Of a DNA stretch of 64,000 nt, positions 1 to 12,735 are shown one piece after another (positions within the stretch are counted from its first letter, which is position 1; every line of letters begins with the position of its first letter). Origin of the DNA: Octopus bimaculoides. Its lineage: Eukaryota. The notes under the pieces are model-generated. The model saw only the letters and a program-made list of their open reading frames with translations, was not told the origin of the DNA and did not search any database. The DNA is taken from NCBI RefSeq assembly GCF_001194135.2, contig NC_068989.1, positions 3,202,158 through 3,266,157 on the forward strand. The letters run 5' to 3'. The position numbers were made by a program, and so were the translations under genes.

Positions 1-1189
1 TGTATATATATATATATATATGTGTATATATATATATATATATGTGTATATATATATGTGTATATATATGTGTATATATATATGTGTATATATATATGTG
101 TATATATATATGTATATATATATGTATATATATTTATATGTATATATATATACAGTCTTGATTGAGCTGACCTATGACTGAAGGCATTCCAACTGTGACC
201 CTCACATCTGTACTTCATGTATAATGCAATTAGGATTACATCATCCAATGTTTTTTTTATTTATAGATATATATATTGTATGTTATGAGCAGCAAGAGAT
301 TTGGTTGTTATTTCTAGCATTTCGAACGACCACATAGTGGCTTTCTCAGTTCTTGCAGAAGAGAAGAAATAGAAGAGAAGGAGAAGGAGAATAAAAGAAA
401 CAAAAAGGAAGTGGGGAGAAAGGAGAGGAGGAGGAGGAGATGACTGTGAAAATGAAATATTGGTAACAAAGATAAAAAACCCCACATAAAAAAGAATAAA
501 ATTTTTAAAAAATGCAAAACTCAAATAAACAAATAAATAAATATGAGCAGACAAACAAATATAAAAAAAAAAAAAAGGAGAGAGAAAATGGTGAATGGTA
601 AAAATATGGAACAAGCACCCTGAAAGAGAAACACATCCAAATATAAATAAATAATAAAATTAAAAAAAACTACTGCTGCAGAATTAATTGATTTTTCAAT
701 ATTGTTCCACAATAATGGTATTTAAGTGAAAACATAATCTTTTGATTATCGAGACAGTATTTTGTGGTCTCAGACAAGACATCGGCTGTTCCAAGGTTAA
801 GTAAGTTTTGGAAAAAAGACTCTGATGTGTGATTTCTGGGTGTGGTTAGGTGACCCCCCCCCCCTCTAGCCTTTCTTTCAACAGTGATGATTGGCCATAA
901 TCTAGTTGTAACCTGTCTTTACATCTTGATAAAATGAAACCCTTGGAAGAACTGAAGTCAAGTTGAAGATGAATTATGTGAAGAAAATCGACTTTAATTT
1001 GGATGATTATTTTTGAGCAAAACAGCGATTGTATGTCTCATGCAACAAATACCATACACAACTCTCTCTCTATCTTCCTCTCTATGTATCCATCCATCTA
1101 TCTATCCATCAGTCTATCTATCAGTCTATCTATATCTGTCTCGACCTATCTATCTATCCATCTGTGTATCTATCTATATTATTGTTATT

Positions 1190-1442
1190 ATTAATATTCA
1201 GGTCACAGCTTGGAATCGAACTCGGGGTTAGTAGCCCACACTCTTAACTACTATGCCATATGCCCATGGGCAATTACGGAGTGAATTTTAGGGTTTATAA
1301 TAATATCGAAAAATACCTTAAGAATGAGAACCCAGGTTCGAAATTTCCACAAGACACCTGAAGAAGGCTGGAGAGTACATCAGCCGAAACATTGTTTTAA
1401 CAACAAACAAGATGAGGACAAATGTCCGTCAAATATAAATAA
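1190..1442. mobile_element. Family E tRNA-head/hammerhead retroposon, rearranged copy (head on -, hammerhead body on +)
   Basis: 1190-1272 is the reverse complement of the tRNA-like head. 1296-1442 matches the body (gaaaaataccttaagaatgagaacccaggttcgaaatttcc...ctgaagaaggctg...cagccgaaac). Confidence 0.85.
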
Positions 1443-1739
1443 CTGTCTGATGGTGTTTCCAATATAGAATTCATGTTTGTAATACATAGGCCCACAGACA
1501 TATTTTCAACTTTGGTTGGGCAGTTGGACAACATACATAAGGTGTTGTTTTGTCTTGGCCCATGTTTCATTAGACTCTTCTTCAGAGAAGGTCCAGAAGG
1601 GCCAATCATATATTCAATCCTACCTTATAGGTAATACATTGGATTGCAACAGCTGTTGTTTTCATTAACATGTGGCACTTTTAAGAAACATGTTACCTTT
1701 GGATGCATGGGTTTTGCTTGGTGGTTTGCTGATGGTTTG

Positions 1740-2240
1740 CTGATGTCCAGGCATTTAGTGAAAAAGTATGGAAAAAAAAAGGACTTTACCTCTGCAGTTC
1801 TTTGGAAGAACCCCTTTTCATCCATTTGTATTTGTGGCTGTATTCTTTCGATTGTTACTCAATATTCATGACCAGAGGTACAAACAGACATGGAAGCCAA
1901 AAAGTGAAAATGTCAAGTTTTGCATTTTTACAACCTTTCCTCTTCTGGGGATCAAAATGCTGAAGTTGATGCATTTCTGTGCCATCACCTGCAATTCAAT
2001 CCCAGCCTCTTTCATCTCATCACTTGTGAAATACAACCCTGAGGTACCTAAACCTCTCCACTTGCTTCATGTGATGTTCTTCTAACATTCTGAGAAGACT
2101 TTCTTAAGAGAACCAGTGTCTCAGCCTTTGCAAAATACATTTTCACCCATGTTCTGCAGCACTTGGTAACGAATGCATTTAGTAGTGCAAATCACCTTCT
2201 GGTGTGTCAAGTATAACACCGTGCCATCTGCAAATGTCAA
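1740..2240 (-). mobile_element. Decayed RTE-clade (Expander/Rex3-like) LINE, RT C-terminal part
   Basis: Frameshifted minus-strand peptides LTFADGTVL (FADD-like), KQVERFRYLRVVFTSD and TSGHEY*VTIERIQPQIQMDEKGFFQRTAEV. These resemble RTE motifs QVEEFKYLGVLFTS and TYGHELWVMTERTRSRIQAAEMSFLRRVAG (recalled motifs). Confidence 0.75.
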
Positions 2241-2428
2241 CCAACCAATCCCACACCCACCGGTTGTGATTACTTCCACAAAGGTTGTACACATCAACCC
2301 ATTTCGTAAAAATTATGAATAGAGGTCGTTATATACACCCCTGACTGCTAAATAGGGAAATCATAAAAATCCCATCCAGGAGAGACTATTATTTCTAATA
2401 TTGATAAAATACACCATTTTGAGCGTGG

Positions 2429-2646
2429 CTGTTGCCAGTACCGCCTGACTGGCCTTCGTGCCGGTGGCACGTAAAAGCACCCATTACACTCTCGGAGTGG
2501 TTGGCGTTAGGAAGGGCATCCAGCTGTAGAAACTCTGCCAAATCAGATTGGAGCTTGGTGCAGCCATCCGGTTCACCAGTCCTCAGTCAAATCGTCCAAC
2601 CCATGCTAGCATGGAAAGCGGACGTTAAACGATGATGATGATAATG
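2429..2646 (+). mobile_element. SINE-like family A, well-preserved copy
   Basis: ggttggcgttaggaagggcatccagctgtagaaa...acccatgctagcatggaaagcggacgttaaac followed by a (GAT)n tail. At least 14 related copies in the window. Confidence 0.9.
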
Positions 2647-2659
2647 ATTGATGATAACC

Positions 2660-2805
2660 AAAGAGTTTTGTCTCCACCAGAGTTTTCTAGAATCCCTAAA
2701 CATCAATGGTGTGCCACCTCACATTATCAAAATAAAAATTGGTGTTCTAATAATGTTGTTGAGACAGCATAACTGCAGAAAGGGCCGTTGTAACGATACC
2801 CATCG
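2660..2805 (+). mobile_element. Helitron PIF1-like helicase fragment
   Basis: FLESLNINGVPPHIIKIKIGVLIMLLRQHNCRKGRCNDT fits the Helitron pattern FLNSL..G.PPH.L.LK.G..IMLLRN.....GLCNGT. Confidence 0.8.
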
Positions 2806-3257
2806 TTATAGACCTATTTTTAATTTTTGTTTTGTTCCTTTTTTTTTTGTGCTCAACTGACACTGATAAATGCAAGTAGAATTGGGTTGACACAAGATGA
2901 ACTTTGCTAATTCCCCTCATCAATCTGCTACCATCCTACACAGATTTGCCATTTGTTTTCAGACGTCAATTCCCTATCAGACATGCATTTGTTTTGTCAA
3001 TAAGCAAGTCAAGGACAAAGCTTATCAAAATGTGATACTTATCTCTCGCTACTCCAGTGTTCTTCTAGAGTCAGCTGTACATTGCTATCAGTAGAACTGG
3101 AGATCTTCTTAACTAAAAATACATTAGCTAAACAAAGTCAGTTTACTAGATCAAGGGAACGGCATCCCGATAATGAAACTAGAAGATTTATGGAAAATCT
3201 TGTCAATATAGCCATTGTTAAAATTTAAAATAGTGTTTACGGAAGCAAGAAAATAAC

Positions 3258-3378
3258 ATCATCTTCATTTAACGTCCACTTTTTCATGCTTGCATGGGTC
3301 AGACAGAATTTGCCGAGGCAGATTTTCTATGGCCAGATACCCTCCCTGTCACCAACCCTCACCGGTTTCCAAGTAAAG
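3258..3378 (-). mobile_element. SINE-like family A 3' fragment
   Basis: catttaacgtccac...tttcatgcttgcatggg is the reverse complement of the family A tail. Confidence 0.75.
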
Positions 3379-3584
3379 TATATAAACATATAAAATGGCA
3401 AAACATTTGTATATTTAATTTATTAAATGATTATTTTATTTCTGATTTGTATTACTTTTATGTATTTCTTCAATATACAGCCATATTTCAATGAAATATT
3501 AAGTAACCTCTTTTCAAAATAACAAAATGTCTATTAGTATGCACACACACACACACACACACTTTATTTTAAGATCATATGATG

Positions 3585-3800
3585 ATTGTCAGTAAGAAGC
3601 ACCATCATACAAGTCATCCATTTCCGATCTTCCACAGTTATGGGGAAATATTATTTGCTTGCAAACGGGTGAGTGTTAGCATCGGGGAAGGCATCCAGCT
3701 GTAGAAAAATCTACCTCCATAAAACTCAGTCCTGACCCATTCAAACATGGAGAATTGGGAATTAAAACAATCATTATCATCATCATCATCATCATTATTG
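3585..3800 (+). mobile_element. Composite SINE fragment (middle module plus family A tail)
   Basis: catacaag...tggggaaatatta...ggaaggcatccagctgtagaaa...(CAT)n. The same module occurs at 21480-21600 and 33700-33935. Confidence 0.65.
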
Positions 3801-4394
3801 TATTTTCTGTGTGTGCTAGTTGAGTGTCATCTCTCCCGCCTATTAAAGACAATAAATTATACATACATACATTGACAGGCTGCTGGTATTTATAGAGTGC
3901 TAAAAACTTTCGGTATGCAAATTAAGGACTCCTTCATAGAGTAACTGCTGCATTTGTTGAATATATAAACAGTTTGGCTGTTTGTTTTTCTGGAGACTCA
4001 GAATGATGTAGACGCCTCTGATGAGAACCCAAATATCCTCTGGAAGTCTAAGCCTACATTATCCAAAAGAGACTTCCAATTTTTTTTTTTTTTAAGACAA
4101 TAGCAAGTGATTTAAAAGGTAGTTGGCTGCTATTTCTGGCGGATCAATTGGCCATAAAGCGGATCTCTTATCAGCTTGTGCTTGTAGAGATTTGTTGTTG
4201 TTGTTGTTGTTGTTGTTACAACTGTTGTTTTATTTACTCATTGACAGTGGATAGCAAAGAAACCCATGGAATCCATCATGACCTTTCATCTTAGCAATGC
4301 AGACTCGAGGCCAACACAACATTGATTTCTTGACGAGTTCTGAAATCATTCCAGTTCTGGAGATTGAAGATTTTCGTCCAGAATGATTTAGCAA

Positions 4395-4850
4395 TAATGG
4401 TGGTGGTGGTGGTAGTGGTGGTGTAGTTGAGAGAGTGGGGGTGGTTATGTGGTGTGGTAGTTCTGATGTAATAAGAGCAGGGCTGGTATGGTGTGGTAGT
4501 GATGAAAACCGAGGCAGTAATGATCTAATAGACGGGAGGGGGGGTTATGTGGTAGTGGTGGTGGTGAAGGCAAATGGTGGTGCTAGAAAACAGAGTGGGG
4601 ATAATATTGTGATGGTGGTGGAGATGATGGTGGTGATGGTTATAGTGTAGATATGGCAGTGATATAAGAGAGAGAGAGAGATGGGAGAACTGCATGATGG
4701 TGGTGGTGGAGGTGGTGAAATCAGAGATAACGGTGTTGTAGCAGATGGGAAGATTACATAGTAGTGGTGATGGTGGACACAAAAATGGTGGTGATGGATG
4801 AGGATAAGATAAATGCTGCTGGTGGTGGTGGTGGAAGGAAGGACCACCCA
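4395..4850. repeat. GTG/GAT-rich low-complexity tract
   Basis: Degenerate (GGT)n/(GAT)n runs, which generate the His/Thr-rich spurious ORFs. Confidence 0.85.
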
Positions 4851-5019
4851 TGACTTCTTATGTCTTCTTTCTCCATGGCCTGGCTTTATATCATGACTAT
4901 ATAAAGTAAATAGCTTTTATATCTCAGGTTATGTTGTTATGCTCAAGAGTTCTAAGAAGAATGAAATGGTACTATATAAGTTTACCTCTGTCTAGAGACT
5001 TTAAGTACTTTGAAATATG

Positions 5020-5222
5020 GTGCAGGTGTGGTGGTATGGTAAGAAGCTTGCTTCCCAACCACATGGTTCTTGGTTCAGTCCCACTGCATGGCACTTTGGG
5101 CAAGTGTCTTCCACCATAGCATCAGGCCAACCAAAGTCTTGTGAGTGGATTTGGTTGATGGAAATTGAAAGACGCCCACACACGGGTGTTCGCTTGTCCC
5201 CCACCACCACTTGGTAACCAGT
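5020..5222 (+). mobile_element. tRNA-derived SINE family B
   Basis: A-box-like gtggtatggtaag and B-box-like ggttcagtccc, then gggcaagtgtcttc...gtgagtggatttgg. About 11 copies in the window. Confidence 0.85.
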
Positions 5223-5602
5223 GGTGACAGTGATGTGTGCATAAATGCAAAGTTGTTACCAGTTCAAATATGTCTTGATGTAGATGAATAGGTGGAAATA
5301 TACTGAGTCAGTTCCCCAAATCCCCTAAGCATGTATGCATTTCAGAATCTCTGCTTCAACAACAACAACAAATTAGAAAGCCAGGTGCTGCAAATTGCCT
5401 TTCTTAAGGGTCTGAATTTACTCCCAAGCATATTTGAACTGGCACCAAGTTTGTATTTATTCACATCACAGCTTAGTACTGACACCCCATATTTTATTTA
5501 CCCTCAGCTGCTGAATAACACAACCAGTCCTTGAACGATGAGGAAATACCATAAGCAGGACCTACCCTTTGAGTCAGTTCGCAGCATCTGCCTTTCAGGC
5601 CT

Positions 5603-5650
5603 CTGCTGCTGAAGAGGAGATAATCACTCTGAAATGCATGTATCCAACAG
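5603..5650 (+). ncRNA. Type I hammerhead ribozyme-like motif (Penelope-type)
   Basis: CTGCTG-CTGAAGA-GGAG(ataatca)CTCT-GAAA-TGC(at)GTA-TC-CAACAG. Core CUGANGA/GAAA/AUC triplet, stem I 5 of 6 bp, stem II 4 bp. Confidence 0.55.
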
Positions 5651-6287
5651 TCTGGTTAGGGAGCACTGTGAGCTGACTCGGTGCATTTACACTTATTTGT
5701 CTACAGCAAGAAATTTTCTCCACCACAAAATACTGTGAATGACTTTCTTACTGATTAAATTATTTCTCAAGTGTATTTGAACTGGTAAGCATGGAAAGCG
5801 GACGTTAAACAATGATGATGATAATGATGTAGAATCAATGCATCATACTCTCCGTCCTTGCCCTCCTACCAATTCCTAGTCTGGTCTTAATGTAAGAATT
5901 CATTACTGTTTCATATTTTCCCATGTTACGTAAGACAGTGCGTGGTCATGTGTTAAGAAAACATTTGAACAAATGTCTAATTGAAAGAAACCTCAGATCA
6001 GAAATACTGAACCAGTCGACTTTATTTGTAGCATTTGTGTGTAGGATAGATATTGATTAACTTATTGATTGATTAAGCATTGTAAAATCTAATGTGTTCT
6101 GCAGACAGTGCCATTTAAACATGTTCAGGCAAAACAAATCCACATCCATGACCAAATTCAATACGATGATAGCAGGGAAATGTGTCAATTTGATCTCCTC
6201 ACCGATGGAGGCAGCCTTTGTGGAAACTAAGGCACAAACAACAATGGGTGTGTTTAGAAGTTATGTTTACCCTGGGAAAACACTACT

Positions 6288-6327
<40 letters not shown>

Positions 6328-6379
6328 ATGTGTATGAGTGTTTGTTTATAAAAATATGTGTAAAAGAAATATATATAAA

Positions 6380-6545
6380 AGTGGTTGGTGTTAGAAAGGG
6401 CATCCAGCAGCAGAAATATTTCCAAAGCTGACATTGGAGTACGATGCTGTACTATGGTTCGTTGGATCCTACCAAACTGTCCAACCCATGCCAAATGAAA
6501 AACAGACAGCTGATGATGATGATGATAGTGATGGTGATGTATCAT
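6380..6545 (+). mobile_element. SINE-like family A
   Basis: ggttggtgttagaaagggcatccagc...aacccatgccaaatg...(GAT)n. Confidence 0.8.
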
Positions 6546-7152
6546 CAGCATTAGTCAACATCCATTTTCCCTTCCTAACATCAAACACTTCACAGAGTGT
6601 ACTGTGTGCTTTTTAGGTGGCACAAGTATAGATTCTCTTTCCGTGGCACCAGCACACACATTATATATAATGTGTGTGTGTGTGTGTGTGTGTGTGCATA
6701 CACATGAGAGTGAAAATGCATCTCCCTGCTGTTCACTGGTCTGTAAACAATAACCCCCAACGATGCTGCTTCACTTGCTGTCAACCATGGAAGCATCTCC
6801 AGGATCCTTGACATGTTGTGTAATCTTTGTAAGGAAATGCCTCATTCGTGCTGCATCATTTGTTTCTCGGTGTCCATGTAAAGCATGTCTGTGCTGTTTA
6901 TTGTTCAACAGATTGGGAGATTAATGTCCCACTTGGAAAAAGGTGCTGGCAACGAGAAAGGCATCCAGCCATAAAAAAAAAAACTTTGCCCTAATAATAA
7001 ATTCACATTTGACACATGCAAGCATGTTAATGGTCTGCACACACGCACGCACGCACGCACGCACGCGCGCGCATAAATAGCCAAGATATAAACTGTAACA
7101 TCGGATGGTAGCTAAAAGAAGTTTACCAAAAATACACCAACTGGGGGAACCG

Positions 7153-7410
7153 CTTTCCATGCTGGCATGGGTTGGATGATTTGACTGAGGACTGGTAAGC
7201 CAGAAGGCTGCACCAGGCTCCAATCTGATCTGGCAGAGTTTCTACAGCTGGATGTCCTTCCTATCGCCAACCACTCCGAGGGTGTAGAGGGTGCTTTTAC
7301 ATGCCACAAGCACGAGGGCCAGTCACTTGGTACTGGCAACGGCCACGCTCAACAAGGTGTTTTTTACGTGCCACCTGCACGGGAGCCAGTCCAGCGGCAC
7401 TGGCAACGAC
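7153..7410 (-). mobile_element. SINE-like family A, long copy
   Basis: Reverse complement of 2429-2646 with additional upstream sequence. Confidence 0.9.
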
Positions 7411-7919
7411 CTATGGTATGCATGAATTTTTGTATTGGCATGTAGATGTTAATATATTTGTTTATATATGTATGCACATGTAGGTATATATATATGTATG
7501 TACCTACATATATATGTGTGTGTATTAGAGTATGTAGCATCTACATGTATAAATATAAAAATAGATATGTATATTCATTTTTAAGGCTGTCAGAATTTAT
7601 TCATTTTCCCACTTTATTATAATTAATTACTTACTTAATTAAGCAGTTATTATCTACATATTATTATATTTTATTTCTTTACTCATTCTCTATATATTTA
7701 TGTTATTATTACACAAGTAATTGTGTATATATTTTGAAATATTCCTACATAATTAGGAAGCTCAATTATGTTTTCATCTAATATGTAATACTAACGCTTA
7801 ATTACTCTTTCTCTCTCTAATTGCTTGATGTTATATTTTGTGGAAAATTAATTTTTCTCAGTCAAATTTGTTCTGAATATTGGAATCATAAATGTTCTGA
7901 AAGGACTTTGTTACATACA

Positions 7920-8075
7920 GTTCTATATTTAAGAGAAGAGGAATTATGTACATTATTTACATTTGACGGATATTTGTCCTCATCTTGTTTGTTGTTAGCA
8001 CAACATTTCGGCTGATATACCCTCCAGCCTTCATCAGGTGTCTTGGGGAAATTTCGAACCTGGCTTCTCATTCCA
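7920..8075 (-). mobile_element. Family E retroposon, 5'-truncated copy with 3' tail and hammerhead motif
   Basis: gttctatatttaagag...cattatttacatttgacgg...ccagccttcatcaggtgtc. Hammerhead at 7998-8041 with a CpG-type change (GAAAT for GAAAC). Confidence 0.9.
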
Positions 8076-8148
8076 AGTTTTAAAATAATTGCCATACGTG
8101 TTCTAAGAGGTAACTAAAAGAGATGACACACAAAGGCCCAAAGGCCAC

Positions 8149-8190
8149 CTGTAACACACTTCTTCCTCCGAAAACTCATCCGATGCATGC
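8149..8190 (-). CDS. Candidate internal exon of an unidentified gene
   Basis: Strong acceptor (ttgttctatgtttgcttttccctgcag) and weak donor (AG|gtggcc). 42 nt, open in two frames (HASDEFSEEEVCY or MHRMSFRRKKCVT). No homology recognised. Confidence 0.25.
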
Positions 8191-8391
8191 CTGCAGGGAA
8201 AAGCAAACATAGAACAATGATGAATAATAATGATTGTGTTGATCTTGTTACTTGGGAGGGCAGAAAAATATCATGGGTGCTGCCCCTCCGTCTCAGAAGA
8301 AAGGGAAAAATATATACGAAAACTTTATATTTGTTATGATGGCAAAGTGGACTTAATGTATAAGAGATGCCTTTCCAAATAGAAACGTATA

Positions 8392-8392
<1 letters not shown>

Positions 8393-8480
<88 letters not shown>
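8393..8480. repeat. (CA)n microsatellite
   Basis: About 44 CA units; representative of dozens of CA/TA/CT arrays in the window. Confidence 0.95.
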
Positions 8481-8482
<2 letters not shown>

Positions 8483-8633
8483 CCACATGCATGTGTGCAC
8501 GCACATATGCACACAAGAAATAAATATATAAAGAAAGATTTCAGCCTAAGCAAGTATGGTAAATTAATAAGTGAATTAATGATGATTATATAGATACAGC
8601 TGTGTGTATGAGTATGTGGTGTGTGTGTGTGTG

Positions 8634-8680
<47 letters not shown>

Positions 8681-8984
8681 NNNNNNNNNNNNNNNNNNNN
8701 NNNNNNNNNNNNNGTATATATATATGAGAGAGAGAGAGAGAGTGAGAAGGGGATGTTTTCACATGTCATTTCCCTTCTGTGTCCTACATTTCATTCATAA
8801 AGATGATCTTTGTCTCAAACAAATTGCATCTGTCCTTAGAGCGAGAAAAACCAGATATCAGAAGTTAATATAATTTTCTTTAATTTTTTTTTGCAGTATA
8901 TTATGATTATTTACAACTCTCCCATCTCCCAATAATAATAATAATAATAAAAATAATAATAATAATAATAAAAATAATAATCCT

Positions 8985-9185
8985 TTCTATCAAAGGTACA
9001 AGACCTGAAATTTTGAGGGAGGGGACTAGTTGATTCCAGTGTTACACTGGTACTTAATTTATTGACCCTGGAAGGATGAAAAACAAATTCAACCTTGGTG
9101 GAATTTGAACTCAGAATGTAGTGGTAGATTTAATACTGTTAAGTATTTTGTCCAGTGTGCTAACGATTCTGCCAGTTCACCACCT
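8985..9185 (-). mobile_element. tRNA-derived SINE family D
   Basis: ggtacttaatttattgaccctggaaggatgaaa...ggaatttgaactcagaa...ctaacgattctgccag is the reverse complement of 40563-40790. Confidence 0.85.
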
Positions 9186-9265
9186 TAAAAAAAGTAAAAA
9201 TCAAAAAATAATTGGTAAATTATCAGCACCCATTTGTGTATGTATATGTAGTTCTTTTTCATATA

Positions 9266-9344
<79 letters not shown>

Positions 9345-9471
9345 GTTTTGAGATGTCTTTGTGTGTGTGTGTGTTTTACTGTTTCCTTGTGTTGGCATCG
9401 AAAGGTCAGCAGCGGCCTTCATGTCAAATCCTCCATGGAAACATATCTGGCCCTGGGGAAATATTACTTTA

Positions 9472-10426
9472 NNNNNNNNNNNNNNNNNNNNNNNNNNNNN
9501 NNNNNNNNNNNNNNNNNNNNNNNNNNNNNNNNNNNNNNNNNNNNNNNNNNNNNNNNNNNNNNNNNNNNNNNNNNNNNNNNNNNNNNNNNNNNNNNNNNNN
9601 NNNNNNNNNNNNNNNNNNNNNNNNNNNNNNNNNNNNNNNNNNNNNNNNNNNNNNNNNNNNNNNNNNNNNNNNNNNNNNNNNNNNNNNNNNNNNNNNNNNN
9701 NNNNNNNNNNNNNNNNNNNNNNNNNNNNNNNNNNNNNNNNNNNNNNNNNNNNNNNNNNNNNNNNNNNNNNNNNNNNNNNNNNNNNNNNNNNNNNNNNNNN
9801 NNNNNNNNNNNNNNNNNNNNNNNNNNNNNNNNNNNNNNNNNNNNNNNNNNNNNNNNNNNNNNNNNNNNNNNNNNNNNNNNNNNNNNNNNNNNNNNNNNNN
9901 NNNNNNNNNNNNNNNNNNNNNNNNNNNNNNNNNNNNNNNNNNNNNNNNNNNNNNNNNNNNNNNNNNNNNNNNNNNNNNNNNNNNNNNNNNNNNNNNNNNN
10001 NNNNNNNNNNNNNNNNNNNNNNNNNNNNNNNNNNNNNNNNNNNNNNNNNNNNNNNNNNNNNNNNNNNNNNNNNNNNNNNNNNNNNNNNNNNNNNNNNNNN
10101 NNNNNNNNNNNNNNNNNNNNNNNNNNNNNNNNNNNNNNNNNNNNNNNNNNNNNNNNNNNNNNNNNNNNNNNNNNNNNNNNNNNNNNNNNNNNNNNNNNNN
10201 NNNNNNNNNNNNNNNNNNNNNNNNNNNNNNNNNNNNNNNNNNNNNNNNNNNNNNNNNNNNNNNNNNNNNNNNNNNNNNNNNNNNNNNNNNNNNNNNNNNN
10301 NNNNNNNNNNNNNNNNNNNNNNNNNNNNNNNNNNNNNNNNNNNNNNNNNNNNNNNNNNNNNNNNNNNNNNNNNNNNNNNNNNNNNNNNNNNNNNNNNNNN
10401 NNNNNNNNNNNNNNNNNNNNNNNNNN
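9472..10426. other. Assembly gap (largest of 13 N-runs)
   Basis: N-run. Others at 8681, 13310, 17907, 20173, 23003, 26859, 42099, 44802, 45623, 46517, 46929 and 49385, mostly flanked by microsatellites. Confidence 0.99.
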
Positions 10427-10518
10427 TATGTATGTATATGTATATATGTATGTGTCTATATGTATATATATATATATGTGCATATGTATGTGTGTATGTG
10501 TATGTATGTGTCTATGTA

Positions 10519-10551
<33 letters not shown>

Positions 10552-11409
10552 GTGCGTATGTATGTGTGTATGTGTCTATATGTATATGTGTGTATATATA
10601 TGTGTATGAGTATATATATGTGTGTGTGTGTGTGTTTATGAAGATGTGTATGTATATCCAAATATACTGATGTACAACCTATACATGCTTGCACACATAC
10701 ATACATTCACGCATATATGTCTGTGTGCGTATATAATATATGTCTGTGTGCGTATATAATAATAATGTAAACTGAGAACGTAAGTGACAAGAATAGTTGT
10801 CGGTTGTTTTAATTCTCGGCTGATCACTGTCATCTTTACGTCCACTTAAAATATCTTTCTGTGTGGTTCTCAGAAATCTTCAGAATGAGAGGAGATGGAG
10901 TAGGGAGACGGGGTGGAGAGGTGGGGGGACTAGAAGAGAGGCTGGGCGAGGGGCGGGCTGTCTTTATGCATGGGTTTGTGTGGCTGTGAATTTATTTTAT
11001 AGATACATGTGTCATTATCATCATTTTTATCGTCATCATTATCACCGTCGTCTTCGTCACCATCATGTCAGTTGTGCTTGTTTTAATGTCTTTTCTTTCC
11101 TAAGCTTCTGTGTGTGGGATAGGTCTGCCTTCTGGTAAATCCTAAGCCGTTTTGATCTTCTGCCAGCTTAGCATTGCTGTGATGCTCAATATCCTTAGAT
11201 TCTGGCCACCCTACTTATTTGCATGTCCACTTCAGTTATGAGAACCTTCAGTTGGCATCACACAGTACGGAGCCAATCAAAGATGTTTGCGTTTCTATAC
11301 GTGGTCACTCAGTCTGCCAGAAAGAACAGCAGAACCTACTTCAAATCATACCCTCCCATCTTTAAATAAACACACACACACACACGCACACACACATTTA
11401 TATATATAC

Positions 11410-11560
11410 GATGGGCTTCTTTCAGTTTCTGTCTACCAAATCCACTTTGGTCGGCTTGAGGCTAGAGTAGAAGACACTTGCCCAAGGTACCACACAGTGG
11501 GACTTAACCCGTAACCATGTTGTTGGTAAGCAAGCTACTTACCACACAGCCACTCCTGCA
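11410..11560 (-). mobile_element. SINE family B
   Basis: gggcttctttcagtttctgtctaccaaatccac...agacacttgcccaagg...accacacagccactcctgcacc. Confidence 0.85.
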
Positions 11561-11982
11561 CCTATATATACACACACACACACACATATATATATGTATT
11601 TATGTGTGTGTGTGTGTGTGTGTGTACACTATTTTCTTTTGCCTTCTCTCTTTCTCCTATCCTTTGAACCATTTTTCTTGCTCTTTTTCTCTTTTCTTCC
11701 TCTCTCTCTGTTCTCATCTTTCTCTGTAAATATTAGTTTGAAGCAACACACCTCAGAGTCCACCCCCCCACACACACAATATAATTCACCTTTTGCACTT
11801 CTTCTGTTTTCTTCTTTTCATAATTTAGAAGAATGACAAGAATCTATTAGGGATTATTCTGTGGTAATAAGGATGAAGAAGGGGACAAAATCAGATTTGT
11901 CAAACAGTGCGAGGGGCCACGTAAAAATGCTATCATTTTGGCTGCGTGTGCATGTGTTCATAGGCATATGTGTATGTGTGTG

Positions 11983-12016
<34 letters not shown>

Positions 12017-12439
12017 GTACATGCGTTTATTCACCTATGTGCCATGTATGAAGGTGGAGGGGAAGTCATGTGATATGGTACACATACCAGAATTTGGCAC
12101 AGATCAGCTGTTTCTGTGGTTATCTCTTATGTTATCTCCTTTGTACTTCTTTGGTGGACAATAACAGAGGCAAAGCTGGAATGATGTGTGAAAGTAAGTT
12201 TACTTTCCCCGTGTGTGTGTGTTTATGTATCTGCGCATTTCACAGTTCTTAGGTATTCTTTTGAAGGGTGTTAATGAATTCGTAGCTATTTGTTTTGGGG
12301 GAGCAGTTAAAAACAATAAAGGAGTAAATATATATATATATAAATAAAAAAAATTGGAAGGTTATCACACTCTTTCTCCCTGAAAATAGAATTTATCTAG
12401 GCCAGATAATTTGAAAGCAGAATCTCTCTCCATGTATCT

Positions 12440-12735
12440 GAATGTGTATGTATGTATGTATGTATGGAGGAAGCAGGTTAAGGAGGGGATCAACACTTTT
12501 GAGAGAGCACGTATCCAGCATGAAGAATTTAAGCGAGCTGCGCGAAAGTGCACGGCTCGTATAGTGAATGGGGAAAGCTTAATCTGCAATGCTTGCTGTC
12601 GTATATGCTTATCAAGAGCAGGGCTCATTAGCCACCAATGGAGCCGTAAATGCAAAATGTAAGTTAGTACTAGAGCGCAGAATGTTCCTGAAGGTCGGCT
12701 ATGGTCTTCCTCGGTCACGAGTGGACGGCCATCAT
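12440..12735 (+). mobile_element. RTE-clade LINE 3' end (ORF2 C-terminus and short 3'UTR)
   Basis: WRKQVKEGINTFERARIQHEEFKRAARK...ICNACCRICLSRAGLISHQ matches the RTE/BovB-type terminal C..C.R.C.SR.GL.SH motif. Ends in an (AT)n tail. Confidence 0.8.

Noticed and set aside
4011-4055. CTGATGAG hammerhead-like start
   Set aside because: No GAAA at a suitable distance and no stem II.
6095-6890. Protein-like short frames (e.g. TVPFKHVQAK..., HRHALHGHRETND...)
   Set aside because: Several frames on both strands are open, with no consistent splice model or recognisable homology.
9212-10670. Long ORFs spanning N-runs (also at 17.8-18.8, 20.1-20.9, 22.6-24.2, 26.8-27.3, 42.0-42.8 and 44.7-45.1 kb)
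   Set aside because: Artefacts of unknown bases and stop-free dinucleotide repeats.
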